A stretch of DNA of 64,000 bases from IMG/VR virus record IMGVR_UViG_3300028581_000010. One strand, written 5' to 3'. This DNA comes from a virus. Its lineage: Duplodnaviria; Caudoviricetes. Of the stretch, positions 8,570 through 17,502 are shown in pieces (positions within the stretch are counted from its first letter, which is position 1; every line of letters starts with the position of its first letter). The notes beneath the pieces are model-generated. The model was not told where the DNA came from, made no database searches, and saw only the letters and a program-made list of their open reading frames with translations. The translations under genes were made by a program, and so were the position numbers.

Positions 8570-9584
8570 AGGAACGATAGACGACTTTTCCTTTTTGCAT
8601 GATGTCCAACCCTGCCTCGTAGATACCTACCACGAGGCACTCATCTGGCGTGTAGCCGATCTTGGCCAACTGACCCACCCAGCGCACGAAAAACGGCCCA
8701 TAAGGCAGGTTGCTCTTCGTGAGCGCTTTGTTCTTTGGTTGTGCCGGGAGCGGACGCTTGGTGCGGTGTGTGTCATAGTTGTCGCCGGCGACAGCTCCAC
8801 AACTATATCGACTGGTCTGTTCCCATGGAACTTGTCGGGCCGAGAAGGACGTCGAGCAGAAGAACTCGTCGTTACGCTCGATAGTCTCCCCCTTTAGCAG
8901 TAGCCTCCACCCGTCGCTCACGCCCACCTGTTTTGGTGTGAGCTTATGCCTGTTCCACCACTCCTTGCCCTCGGGGGCTGGTGGGAACTCGTCGGGTTTG
9001 ATACGCAGCTCGCACCGGGAGTCTAGATTGTCGAAGTCCCCTGTGTACGTAGCCCATGCGCCGCTATCAAATACAACGCGCTTGCACTCTATGACCTTAC
9101 CTTGAGAGCGCGCCTGCCGAAACTCGGCGTATGGATCGACTTCTGGTATGATAGGTACTGCTTCGAGGTAATGAAGATCGCCGTAGCCCAATGGGCAGCC
9201 GTAGGTCGATGATGGGTCCCAGTTGTGGTCATCGTACGGGTCATAACATATGTAACGTACCTGCAGCGAGTGCTCCCAGCCCATCCCACGATACTCCCAC
9301 TTGTACCCTTCTGGCGGAGCAATAGGAGTCGGCAGGTTCCAGGGCATCCCAGCGATGCCGTGCTCGGCGGGGGCCATATAAGCTAAGTCTGAGGCATCAC
9401 ACCCCCCGCAGGACTTGCCGTCCTCTGATGAGGTTGAAGGTGCCGCCACTCCTGCGACTACCGCTCCGAGGCGATGGCACTCGTAGAAATCCGGGCGATG
9501 AAACAGAAACTCCGCAACCCTGCCGTCGCGGGTGATGGCCTTGCGGCCCTGCTTGAATTGTTCGAGGTTGAATGGATCTGGCAT
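8493..9584 (-). CDS. multi-module hypothetical protein; N-terminus paralogous to 15311-16441
   Basis: FNLEQFKQGRKAITRDG and MAPAEHGIAGMPWNLPTP modules. Confidence 0.8.
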   Translation of the reverse strand: MPDPFNLEQFKQGRKAITRDGRVAEFLFHRPDFYECHRLGAVVAGVAAPSTSSEDGKSCGGCDASDLAYMAPAEHGIAGMPWNLPTPIAPPEGYKWEYRGMGWEHSLQVRYICYDPYDDHNWDPSSTYGCPLGYGDLHYLEAVPIIPEVDPYAEFRQARSQGKVIECKRVVFDSGAWATYTGDFDNLDSRCELRIKPDEFPPAPEGKEWWNRHKLTPKQVGVSDGWRLLLKGETIERNDEFFCSTSFSARQVPWEQTSRYSCGAVAGDNYDTHRTKRPLPAQPKNKALTKSNLPYGPFFVRWVGQLAKIGYTPDECLVVGIYEAGLDIMQKGKVVYRSFEDLHINRWQFSSDRTHWRDCCNAA

Positions 9585-9595
9585 AGTTTTATTAG

Positions 9596-9937
9596 TTAGG
9601 TGTAGTGCTCAGGCCGAGCTCCTTCACCATGTTGCGCACATTCTTGGAGATTTTCTCTCCCTTCATCAGTGCTTTTACATTTGTGTAGCTCCTGCCCAGC
9701 GGCTTCGGAGCTTTTTCCTTTTTGGTGGAGTTCATGTGAGTCGGTGGGTATTGTTGTGCGTATTCCTAGATACTTTTCCATCAGCGCACCGTACGCTTCG
9801 CCGGCGGCTTCTGAGTTGATTGGCATTATAGCCTTGAGCTCCCGTAGATACTCCCGGTACTCGGGAGTATCCATGCGAAGCGGTTCTTTTGGAGGAGGCA
9901 TTACGCCACTCCTGTCTTGCGCCAAGCCCAGAGCCAT
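9596..9937 (-). CDS. hypothetical protein (start probably MPPPKE near 9901)
   Basis: ORF in co-directional run. Confidence 0.55.
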   Translation of the reverse strand: MALGLAQDRSGVMPPPKEPLRMDTPEYREYLRELKAIMPINSEAAGEAYGALMEKYLGIRTTIPTDSHELHQKGKSSEAAGQELHKCKSTDEGRENLQECAQHGEGARPEHYT

Positions 9938-10239
9938 TCTCTGGCCGAGTGCTCGAGCAAACCACGATCAGCGGGATTCATGAGCCCGTAGTTGTGGTTG
10001 TACGAGAGGCAGGCGTCAGCCACCTCCTCTGCTGTCGGGTCGTCGTATACGACGTGTATGTCGTTGGTGAGCACGACATGAGTAAGATTCTCTCCACCCG
10101 TGTCGTTCTCCTGTGCAAAGTACATTCGCACCCAGACTCCGTCGGGGTCACGCCCGACAACGATTCCTTTAGTTCCGGCTGGAATCTGATCATTCAAGCC
10201 TTTCTTTAGTACCGCCAATTGCGGCTGTCGTAGTTTCAT
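9901..10239 (-). CDS. hypothetical protein
   Basis: 112-aa ORF with plausible composition. Confidence 0.7.
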   Translation of the reverse strand: MKLRQPQLAVLKKGLNDQIPAGTKGIVVGRDPDGVWVRMYFAQENDTGGENLTHVVLTNDIHVVYDDPTAEEVADACLSYNHNYGLMNPADRGLLEHSAREWLWAWRKTGVA

Positions 10240-10253
10240 GATATCTGCTTAGA

Positions 10254-10340
10254 TTACGGCCAGCGCCGTTGTAGATAGCGGCTGACGCCAAAGGCTACGA
10301 CCGCCATCATGAGTATCGAGGTAAGAGTTATTCTTCTCAT
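10254..10340 (-). CDS. 28-aa single-TM microprotein (not in ORF track)
   Basis: MRRITLTSILMMAVVAFGVSRYLQRRWP; ATGA-coupled to upstream ORF. Confidence 0.45.
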   Translation of the reverse strand: MRRITLTSILMMAVVAFGVSRYLQRRWP

Positions 10341-10495
10341 CGGTGTATTCTTGAATGTTGTTGGTTGTGTTTGTAAGCCTCGCGACCACGGTTCATACTC
10401 TGCCGAACCTGGCCGTAGGCCAAAACAAACAGTATTGTTAGTATGCAGGCAATGATCACGTATTCCTGCGGTGTGAGTGGAAGCTTACTCTTCAT
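10337..10495 (-). CDS. 52-aa single-TM microprotein (not in ORF track)
   Basis: MKSKLPLTPQEYVIIACILTILFVLAYGQV...; ATGA-coupled at both ends. Confidence 0.55.
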   Translation of the reverse strand: MKSKLPLTPQEYVIIACILTILFVLAYGQVRQSMNRGREAYKHNQQHSRIHR

Positions 10496-10908
10496 GCTCC
10501 CGGTGGTAGAAATTGCGCCGTCAGGGTCTTGATGATCTTGTCAGAGATCGTCTTGAGCCTTTCGTTGTCTGCCTCGAGCTCCTTGATGCGCGTGCGCAGT
10601 ATTGGAACGCAGCTGCAGTGGACTTCGTCGGCGCACTTCTCGTCTGTTGCGTGCAGCGTAGCGTTGTCCATATCCTCCTTGAAGTCCAGAAGCTCGACGA
10701 GCTTTCTATCGATGCAGGTCAGGCACACATAGCCACCCATCTTGTCGATGCGCAGCGGCGTGTGCTTTCTTCTACCACAGGAGGCGCACTTGGTAGCCTG
10801 CACTGAAGTATACGTGTAGTTCGTATACTCCGGAAACCTTGCTTCTACAGGTGTATATGAGATGTAGCCCTGCAGGGCCTCTCGAAGTTTCTTGAACATT
10901 TTGATCAT
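10492..10908 (-). CDS. hypothetical protein with CxxC...CxxC zinc finger and coiled coil
   Basis: KCASCGRRKHTPLR...GYVCLTC; likely start MIKMFKK. Confidence 0.7.
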   Translation of the reverse strand: MIKMFKKLREALQGYISYTPVEARFPEYTNYTYTSVQATKCASCGRRKHTPLRIDKMGGYVCLTCIDRKLVELLDFKEDMDNATLHATDEKCADEVHCSCVPILRTRIKELEADNERLKTISDKIIKTLTAQFLPPGA

Positions 10909-11360
10909 GTGATTGCTTTTTTCATTGCTACTAACTGGGCACACTCCTCGTCCAAGGCATGCAGCTTTGCCTCTATTGTCGTAACGTGGTACATGCCCCA
11001 CCAGAAGTCAAAGTCCTTGGCGTTGTTGATCTCCAACTCAGCCGGAGTGATCTTATACTCACACCTACGCGTAACATACGTGTCGAAGCCCACCTCATTA
11101 TAGAACTCAACATCTATGTTAAGCACGATACTTGTGTTGTTCTGAAGAGCGTAGCCATAAACTTCCATGTTGGCTAGTTTGGAGCTGCGTACGCCTCCTT
11201 CAGCGTTTATGTCGAACATAATTTTTGTAATGCCTGGGTTATAACAGATCTTCCTCCGTAGTTGCTGTACGAAGTATAGCTCACCCGCCTGAGCCATCAG
11301 CTGCTTGTGCTCCACACGGTTAGCTATAAACCTGTCTAGAAATGGTTTCTTCTCAGGCAT
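10905..11360 (-). CDS. hypothetical protein
   Basis: 151-aa ORF coupled to neighbours. Confidence 0.7.
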   Translation of the reverse strand: MPEKKPFLDRFIANRVEHKQLMAQAGELYFVQQLRRKICYNPGITKIMFDINAEGGVRSSKLANMEVYGYALQNNTSIVLNIDVEFYNEVGFDTYVTRRCEYKITPAELEINNAKDFDFWWGMYHVTTIEAKLHALDEECAQLVAMKKAIT

Positions 11361-12306
11361 GGGGCTCCAGGTATTCCATAATCTTCTCGAAGACCTTGTC
11401 GTCTGATCCGACCGCGTCGAGCCCTAACCAGCTCATGCACAGGCTGTCGTCGGAGTATTTCTCCCAGGCAACACGTATCGTGTTGTCGCTGGCCTCGTAG
11501 CCGCGTATCTTAAGAATCAGGCGCAGCTTATCCAAGTCTGCCTGGGCCTCGGGTCCAAGCGGATAGTCAGGCGGCTCGGGTTTGAGCCTCAGCTGTATGT
11601 CGCCCTGCTCCTTGAGCTCCTCCTGCACATCCAATGCATCCATACGTGCCCTTTCGCGTACTTCATACATAACCTCATCCTCCTCCTGTTGGGCGGCATA
11701 GGCGTTTGCCAGCTTGGCTAAAATATCTCCATGACAGGCGTGCGGTGCGCACCAGCAGCCCAACGTCTTGCCCACGAGTTCATGCAGGCTGTCCAGGAGT
11801 TCAGGCTGGTTGATAATCCAGTCCGCATACTTCTGCACAACTTCCTCGCGTGTACCATCCTTGCCTAGCTCGAAAGGGTTGCCCCATTTTCCTGGCCGGC
11901 CGATGTAGATATCATGTGGTGCTTTCTTGCAGTGCACCACTCTGCACTGCACGGGCTCTGGATCGCTGTATCTGTAAACAAACACGCGTAACCCTATTCC
12001 CTGAGCGGCTTGAATCATATGCGAGGTTCCATGAGACTCTCCGTCCCACAGGGCAACCAGCGCATCAGCATTTGCCGCCATATGCAGATTACGGTGAATG
12101 CCGGCACTCTTGCCGTACTTCGTCCAGTCAGCCGGATGCAGCTCGACGGGAACACCGTTATTTTTAGCCCATTCCTCTCCGAGCTTGTCAGCGCCCTTGG
12201 CGCAGCCGCTGAGAACCAGTGTAGGTACCCAGCCGCAACCTTTCATTGCAGCCGCTACGTGTGCGTAGTCGGTGCAGTCACGACTCCCTGCTATTATCGT
12301 TCTCAC
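11353..12306 (-). CDS. SLOG (YspA/DUF2493-like) + DUF4326 fusion protein
   Basis: IIAGSRD...SGCAKGAD...AGIHRN...WDGESHGT, then DIYIGRPGKWGNPF...LGCWCAPHACHGDIL. Confidence 0.85.
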   Translation of the reverse strand: MRTIIAGSRDCTDYAHVAAAMKGCGWVPTLVLSGCAKGADKLGEEWAKNNGVPVELHPADWTKYGKSAGIHRNLHMAANADALVALWDGESHGTSHMIQAAQGIGLRVFVYRYSDPEPVQCRVVHCKKAPHDIYIGRPGKWGNPFELGKDGTREEVVQKYADWIINQPELLDSLHELVGKTLGCWCAPHACHGDILAKLANAYAAQQEEDEVMYEVRERARMDALDVQEELKEQGDIQLRLKPEPPDYPLGPEAQADLDKLRLILKIRGYEASDNTIRVAWEKYSDDSLCMSWLGLDAVGSDDKVFEKIMEYLEPHA

Positions 12307-12427
12307 TGAGTTGTTTTGTTCCTTTTTGATGTTTTGGTAGATAGGGGCAGTTCTGGCAGCCCGCGCCGCAGCACTGTCCCATCGACCGTAGTATTTCCGC
12401 CGATAGCGGCTCGCACCTAGGGCGCAT
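12278..12427 (-). CDS. 49-aa Cys-rich DUF5522-like protein (not in ORF track)
   Basis: MGQCCGAGCQNCPY motif. Confidence 0.7.
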   Translation of the reverse strand: MRPRCEPLSAEILRSMGQCCGAGCQNCPYLPKHQKGTKQLSENDNSRES

Positions 12428-12786
12428 CAGGGCTTGAAATCAGCCCGGTGCTGTATGAAATCATGCACATCGAATCTGTGGAAGTGAAATGTCTCAGCGA
12501 AGTCTGCGAAGGGTTTCTTTATCTCGTAGTGTTCCCAGACGCGACGTAGGTCATCAATATCCATCTGTAGATACTTTGTAGAGCGCGGTTTGTCCTTCAA
12601 CGGCTTAGGAACCACCGTGTAGTCGTTTCGCGTTAATGGAGAAGCGATCTCTCCCTTAGCCAGCATCATGTTGAGCCTCTCAATAGTAATCAAAGGCGTG
12701 CTATTTCCACCAATTACAACGCAATAGTTTTTCGAGGTGTGCTCCTTTTCGTTATTAAAAAATGTCAAAATGTCAAATAGTGTCAT
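12427..12786 (-). CDS. hypothetical protein
   Basis: 119-aa ORF. Confidence 0.65.
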   Translation of the reverse strand: MTLFDILTFFNNEKEHTSKNYCVVIGGNSTPLITIERLNMMLAKGEIASPLTRNDYTVVPKPLKDKPRSTKYLQMDIDDLRRVWEHYEIKKPFADFAETFHFHRFDVHDFIQHRADFKP

Positions 12787-12787
12787 G

Positions 12788-13078
12788 TTAGTTTGTTAGT
12801 TGTTGTTTGAGCCAGGTCACGAACTCGTTAAAGTTCTTCTCCAGCTCGAGTATTACCATCTTTCCGTCTACCTCGCCCTTTTCAGGCCAAAATAGCTCGC
12901 CGGCCAAAACCTTGAGCAGATTGCCAGCACAGTCACCGCCATGCTGGGTAGAGAATATCTTTCTCTCTGGCCAGTTAGCATGCTTCCATGCGAACAGCTC
13001 ATAGTCGCGCTCCACACCTGGAGGCATAGCTTCTAGTCTGGCTAGTAGTTCTTTAATCAGGTACATCGTTTTCGTCAA
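12788..13078 (-). CDS. hypothetical protein
   Basis: 96-aa ORF. Confidence 0.65.
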   Translation of the reverse strand: MTKTMYLIKELLARLEAMPPGVERDYELFAWKHANWPERKIFSTQHGGDCAGNLLKVLAGELFWPEKGEVDGKMVILELEKNFNEFVTWLKQQLTN

Positions 13079-13250
13079 ATATGCTTACCGAGATTCGTGA
13101 AGCTTTATTATGCTTAGCGCAAATCTCTAGCGCTTTTTTTAGCGTGTAGCGATAAGCGAGGCGTATGTCCGCTGTAGTCCCATCTTTTGGAGCTTTAAAA
13201 TATTGCCCAAAATAGGCGTTTATCTTGTCTATGACTTTAATTAGATACAT
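13053..13250 (-). CDS. small paralog-family protein
   Basis: Start MYLIKV at 13250; GTTADIRLAYRYTLKKALEIC motif. Confidence 0.65.
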   Translation of the reverse strand: MYLIKVIDKINAYFGQYFKAPKDGTTADIRLAYRYTLKKALEICAKHNKASRISVSIFDENDVPD

Positions 13251-13251
13251 G

Positions 13252-13443
13252 TCAGTCCTCGGGTTGCATTTCCCAGTCACAGTTGCCGCTGGCTGTGTTC
13301 CCCTCTATACATATGTTAATGGCTTCCTGTGCGGTAAACCTCCTAGCCTTGATTTTATCATCCACGAACTCGCCCAAATTCGGGCCTAGGTACATACCGC
13401 TGAGCGCAGAAGTCTTTCTAACAACTTGAATAACGTATTTCAT
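13252..13443 (-). CDS. small paralog-family protein
   Basis: FVDDKIKARRFTAQEAINIC motif. Confidence 0.7.
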   Translation of the reverse strand: MKYVIQVVRKTSALSGMYLGPNLGEFVDDKIKARRFTAQEAINICIEGNTASGNCDWEMQPED

Positions 13444-13649
13444 AGTTTTGGTGGCGGTAGATCAGACGTGTCTTCGTCCGGTAGAAATATAACATCGTTG
13501 GGCTCTTTAGTCCTTCCATTCACTGTGTTGAGAATTTCCACAGCTGTCAGCAGCTTATATCTATGAGCGTGCTGTTTATCAAGTGTGTAGCCCCCGCCAC
13601 GCGCTCTCCACCATCTTCTTCCTGTTTGGCAGTATATGATTACGTCCAT
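13440..13649 (-). CDS. small paralog-family protein
   Basis: Start MDVII at 13649; WWRARGGGYTLDKQHAHRY. Confidence 0.7.
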   Translation of the reverse strand: MDVIIYCQTGRRWWRARGGGYTLDKQHAHRYKLLTAVEILNTVNGRTKEPNDVIFLPDEDTSDLPPPKL

Positions 13650-13650
13650 G

Positions 13651-13851
13651 TCAGTCCTCGGGTGGATCGTCGTCTGGATTAACCATGACGTCCTGGCTGG
13701 GCTCACCACATCGTGCCAGGCCTAGGTCCAATAAAATGTCAATGGCTTCTTGCATCTCGTAACGGTGGGCATCCTCCTTATCTGGAGTGTAGCCTTTGCC
13801 GAGAGCCTTCCACCATTTCTTTGAGCTTTTGTCATAGATTAGTGTCTTCAT
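13651..13851 (-). CDS. small paralog-family protein
   Basis: Start MKTLIY at 13851; WWKALGKGYTPDKEDAHRY. Confidence 0.7.
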   Translation of the reverse strand: MKTLIYDKSSKKWWKALGKGYTPDKEDAHRYEMQEAIDILLDLGLARCGEPSQDVMVNPDDDPPED

Positions 13852-14066
13852 ATTGATATTAAGTAGTCTGCAGCATTGGCCTCTTCTCGAGCCACATGCC
13901 TTTTTACTGAACACCACGAGGCATGCGGCGTGTCTATTATGCTACCCTCTCTGCGGGCCAGACAGTTAGGACATATGCCAGCCATCTCTGGGTGGTTACA
14001 GTTGTTGATGGGTTGCGTCCAAAGGCGCATCAGCAAAGCGCATTCGATGTCGCTTGCCTTGGACAT
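13848..14066 (-). CDS. small Cys/His-rich hypothetical protein
   Basis: CNHPEMAGICPNC...HASWC. Confidence 0.6.
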   Translation of the reverse strand: MSKASDIECALLMRLWTQPINNCNHPEMAGICPNCLARREGSIIDTPHASWCSVKRHVAREEANAADYLISI

Positions 14067-14257
14067 TATGCCTCCTCCTCTACGTTAACCATCTTCTCGT
14101 TAAGCACTCCATCGGGTAGAAAGCGATTAGCCATGTAGCAGATCTCTACTGCTTCTGCGGCGCTGTAGATGCCTGCCTCTTTCTTATCTTTGGTGTAGCC
14201 GCGGCTTTCCGGGCCCCACCATGCGTCGTGCTCGTAGCTCCAGATGTAGAATCTCAT
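14066..14257 (-). CDS. small paralog-family protein
   Basis: WWGPESRGYTKDKKEAGIYSAAEAVEIC. Confidence 0.75.
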   Translation of the reverse strand: MRFYIWSYEHDAWWGPESRGYTKDKKEAGIYSAAEAVEICYMANRFLPDGVLNEKMVNVEEEA

Positions 14258-14337
14258 ACAGGAGCATTATCTAAAATAATGTTCTTTCGTACTCTTGCAA
14301 ATGATTGCGATTGTTTCATTTAAGTTGTTCTCTTAGT

Positions 14338-14390
14338 ATTATACCAATTTCGAGGTATCTAAGAAAAAGGGCCATTGCTGACCCTTTTCC
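14338..14390 (-). promoter_or_regulatory. terminator followed by TGGTATAAT promoter
   Basis: AAAAGGGTCAGCAATGGCCCTTTTTCTTAG, then motif at 14338-14346. Confidence 0.75.
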
Positions 14391-14410
14391 GAATACTAAA
14401 ATAGAGAAGC

Positions 14411-14977
14411 TTACACTTCGTCTTCCTTGGGATCCTCAGGAGGCTTGCGCCGAAGCTGAAGCTCGCTCGCGATCTTTTTGAGTATTTCAGACAGTGCTCC
14501 AGGCACGGGAGGTACGTCATCACCTTTGTCTACCATACTTCCGACCATTTCCTCGACGATCTTCATGGCCTTGGCGCGCACTCTTGTGTGCAGCTCCTCG
14601 ACCTCGTCTCTGGTGGGCTCGTAGTCCATTTCCTTCTGGAGATCCTTGATGTCTCCGACGAAGTCTTCCAGCGCCAGGCGTCCCAGCGCGATGAAGCTGT
14701 TCTTGGATGGCATGATCTGATGCTCGATCAGGTTCTTGAGTTCGCAGCTCATCATGTCTTCGACGGCGGCGCAGATGCAGAGCATTTCCAGATGCTCAAT
14801 TACGATACACAACTTCAAGGGTTCCCCCTCGGTTTTTATTGATGTTACTTGCATGCTAAAGAATAAGTGTAGTGTTATTGTTCGGTTGGCGGTTGGAATT
14901 GCTCCGAGATGTCTTCGGTGCTGATTGCACCTGCGTCGAGGGCGCACTTCAGTGAACGGGCGCCCATTTCTTTGCAC
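14411..14977 (-). CDS. hypothetical protein (true start probably near MQVTSIK)
   Basis: GC-rich codon-biased acidic ORF. Confidence 0.7.
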   Translation of the reverse strand: MQRNGRPFTEVRPRRRCNQHRRHLGAIPTANRTITLHLFFSMQVTSIKTEGEPLKLCIVIEHLEMLCICAAVEDMMSCELKNLIEHQIMPSKNSFIALGRLALEDFVGDIKDLQKEMDYEPTRDEVEELHTRVRAKAMKIVEEMVGSMVDKGDDVPPVPGALSEILKKIASELQLRRKPPEDPKEDEV

Positions 14978-15222
14978 TCCTTTTCGGTGGCGTCGTACAG
15001 TTCATTGCGCACGAGCTGCCTGCCGTGTTCTATGAGGCCGATGGCAAACAAGTTGCCGACCGCCACGGTCGGAGTGAATTCGACTGGGTCCCTATTCGCT
15101 TCCTTTGCGGACAAGGCCGTCATCTTCTCGATCGCGATAACCATCGCGGTGAAGTCCATATAGTTCATACGGACATTTACTTCTGGAGGTTTTCCCTCCT
15201 GTTTTATTAGGTGGATTTGCAT
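14875..15222 (-). CDS. hypothetical protein
   Basis: First gene after promoter at 15243-15251. Confidence 0.75.
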   Translation of the reverse strand: MQIHLIKQEGKPPEVNVRMNYMDFTAMVIAIEKMTALSAKEANRDPVEFTPTVAVGNLFAIGLIEHGRQLVRNELYDATEKECKEMGARSLKCALDAGAISTEDISEQFQPPTEQ

Positions 15223-15242
15223 AGGTAAGGTGCTTCCAATAG

Positions 15243-15300
15243 ATTATACCAATTAAGTTATGCGCTAGCTAAAAAAGAGGGCTATTGCTAGCCCTCTCTT
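15243..15300 (-). promoter_or_regulatory. terminator followed by TGGTATAAT promoter
   Basis: AGAGGGCTAGCAATAGCCCTCTTTTTTAG, then motif at 15243-15251. Confidence 0.75.
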
Positions 15301-15310
15301 GCTCCCTGAT

Positions 15311-16441
15311 TTACATGCCACCAGGCGCATTGACAACATCTTTCACACGGCTGAGTCGAGCGCGATGCCTGAAGATGGTTTCATTGGCATCGCTTAATTT
15401 GCGAGCCAAGTCACCATTCTGTGCACATAGCTCACCCTTATCGGCCAATGCTTTAGCCAAGTCGTCAGACAACTTCTCCACCTTTTCCACGGCGTTATTT
15501 CTGTCACGCCGGTATCCATCGATACAGTTTTGCAGCCCCTGAGCCTTCAAGTCTATGTGGTGGTGATCTGTACGTAGCTGCTCGAGTGCGATGCAAGCTG
15601 TATCACGCTCTTGCCTAATCGCCACAATTTGCCCGTAAAGGCTTATGATCGCCTCATGCTTTTTGCGCAGCTCCTCTCCTGTGCAACTGTTCAGCATGTC
15701 TTCGACGCGCGCCTCCAAACGAAGGTTCTTTTCCTCCAACTCCTTCAACTTCGTCCCCGTCTCGCTTTGCTCTGAAACCAGCGCATCAGCACGATTTCGT
15801 TCGTGCTTCTCGTTTGAGAGTGCCTGTTGAAGCTCACGTTCTTTGCATGTTATGGCCTTCTCGAGCCACTCCTTTTCGGCTAGCGTCGTCTCCAACCGCG
15901 CCTCGGCAATGTTAGCTCTGGCTATTGCATCACCAAGCTCCACATCCTTCGGGTTTGGCAGAAGAATGAAGCGTGCATACAGATACACGAATGAGGGCTT
16001 TGCAACATGGTATCTATTTACGTAATTCCAGTCACGCTTCTGGAGGTCCCTCTGATCCGAATCATAATACAGCACGTGGCCGAGGTGTAAGGATGCGGGC
16101 AAGAAGGCGCTCACCTTCCAATAGCGCCCTGGGGGTGCTGGCGGCGGCTTGGGTGCATTCCACTTGAGCCCCTCGATGTTGTGCTCGGTAGGTGCCATGC
16201 GCACCAGATGAAAGCCACAACCAGGATGTTCACAGTGAACTCCATGTGTATTGTAGCCAGAGACTGTAACGGTATAGTCTGGACCGTTGTCTCTTTTTTT
16301 AGTAACTGAGGCGTTGAAGTTGAAGAATTCATCGGCGGGGCTTGCTAGCTCCTTAAACCGGGCTTCTTCTCCATCGGCGGTATATGCAACCCGCCCTTCT
16401 TTAAAATCTTCAAAGTTGAATTTGAGGTTCATGTCAGTCAA
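15311..16441 (-). CDS. coiled-coil protein with N-terminal module paralogous to 8493-9584
   Basis: FNFEDFKEGRVAYTADG and MAPTEHNIEGLKWNAPKP; long heptad C-terminal half. Confidence 0.8.
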   Translation of the reverse strand: MTDMNLKFNFEDFKEGRVAYTADGEEARFKELASPADEFFNFNASVTKKRDNGPDYTVTVSGYNTHGVHCEHPGCGFHLVRMAPTEHNIEGLKWNAPKPPPAPPGRYWKVSAFLPASLHLGHVLYYDSDQRDLQKRDWNYVNRYHVAKPSFVYLYARFILLPNPKDVELGDAIARANIAEARLETTLAEKEWLEKAITCKERELQQALSNEKHERNRADALVSEQSETGTKLKELEEKNLRLEARVEDMLNSCTGEELRKKHEAIISLYGQIVAIRQERDTACIALEQLRTDHHHIDLKAQGLQNCIDGYRRDRNNAVEKVEKLSDDLAKALADKGELCAQNGDLARKLSDANETIFRHRARLSRVKDVVNAPGGM

Positions 16442-16694
16442 GGCGGATTGTGTTGCCCCCTAGTACACGGGAAGTTACGGCACCAGAGACGGGTTGGCCA
16501 GATGGCGATATAGCCGTGAAGCCTGTTGAGAAGGTTTCGTTTTCGCTTTTCATCCACGGTCGGAAGCCCGTGATGGTGATGTTTGTGTAGCCGTTCTCCT
16601 GGAGCACGCGGATTGTTTCGTCCGGTTTCGTGCAGGCTACTATGCTGCTTAAAATAAGACAGCCGACGGCTGCCAGTAGTAGTAGTTTTTTCAT
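16434..16694 (-). CDS. small phage lipoprotein
   Basis: Lipobox IVAC; GYTNITITGF...TGFTA pattern common in phage small proteins. Confidence 0.75.
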   Translation of the reverse strand: MKKLLLLAAVGCLILSSIVACTKPDETIRVLQENGYTNITITGFRPWMKSENETFSTGFTAISPSGQPVSGAVTSRVLGGNTIRLD

Positions 16695-16927
16695 GATTGT
16701 TCTGTAGTTGCTGCGTTTGCGGTTGTCTCTTTGATGGTGATGACTACATCGCTGTTGTCATCACCGGAGTTCAATATAGCTCCTTGTGGCATGTCAGCTA
16801 CGCCGCAGTAGCCAAACGTCGAGCCGAGCTCTCTTGTGATTATCTTCTTGATATGATCCAGCTTGGGATTTGTCATGTTGTAGTTTTTCTTTTGTATATG
16901 TATAGGTCGTCGTGAATGCCACTCCAT
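16691..16927 (-). CDS. hypothetical protein (start probably MTNPKL)
   Basis: ORF coupled to neighbours. Confidence 0.6.
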   Translation of the reverse strand: MEWHSRRPIHIQKKNYNMTNPKLDHIKKIITRELGSTFGYCGVADMPQGAILNSGDDNSDVVITIKETTANAATTEQS

Positions 16928-17502
16928 TGCGGAATGTCAAGGCAGTCCACGAACTCCCAGTTTCTTCCGAGGTTTTGGTGAAACTCATCATCACCGGTGC
17001 AGCCCATTGCTCCCTCACCCACGTATGCCACGTGCTCTCCTCTAAAGAGCCTTAGGCAGTTGTTTGCGAAGGGGCTGTTGTAGCAAGGCCAGATGAGAAG
17101 CAATACGTTTGCATCGCTTTTCTCAAGTACGAACTCGTCTCCATCCACCACCGGAAAATGTAATGGAGAGGTACGAAAAGGATACTTGTTCTCGCTCTGC
17201 TCACCCGGCACAGCCTTGTCATACGCGACAACCTTGCCGCCGCATTCCTCGATGCACTTGGCCCAGTATCCAAGGCCGGCACCGAGCTCGATGATCTCTC
17301 CACCGAGCGAGGCTATTCTCTTGCAAGCCTCCTCGCTGGGTATGGCAAATCCGTACTCACGTATGCACTTTCTACGGGCCTCGAACGCCTCGGTAAAGGT
17401 GTCGAAGCCAGAGGTAAAGACATCTACGCCCAGGTATTTGCCATACCTATTCAGCAGTGGATTATTCACTGAGACGCATGCGCTTGGCGAGCATCTCTTC
17501 AA
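16873..17502 (-). CDS. class I SAM-dependent methyltransferase-like protein
   Basis: IIELGAGLGYWA motif I, VVAYD, LLLIWP. Confidence 0.8.
   Translation of the reverse strand: MKRCSPSACVSVNNPLLNRYGKYLGVDVFTSGFDTFTEAFEARRKCIREYGFAIPSEEACKRIASLGGEIIELGAGLGYWAKCIEECGGKVVAYDKAVPGEQSENKYPFRTSPLHFPVVDGDEFVLEKSDANVLLLIWPCYNSPFANNCLRLFRGEHVAYVGEGAMGCTGDDEFHQNLGRNWEFVDCLDIPQWSGIHDDLYIYKRKTTT

Larger units (their letters stand above)
13248..13663. repeat. 17-bp exact direct repeat at two gene junctions
   Basis: catgtcagtcctcgggt at 13248-13264 and 13647-13663 (reads PED-stop-ATG on the minus strand). Confidence 0.9.

Noticed and set aside
10337-10495. Flp-type pilin (LTPQEYVII resembles E5-Y6)
   Set aside because: No Gly at -1 for prepilin peptidase cleavage; resemblance too weak.
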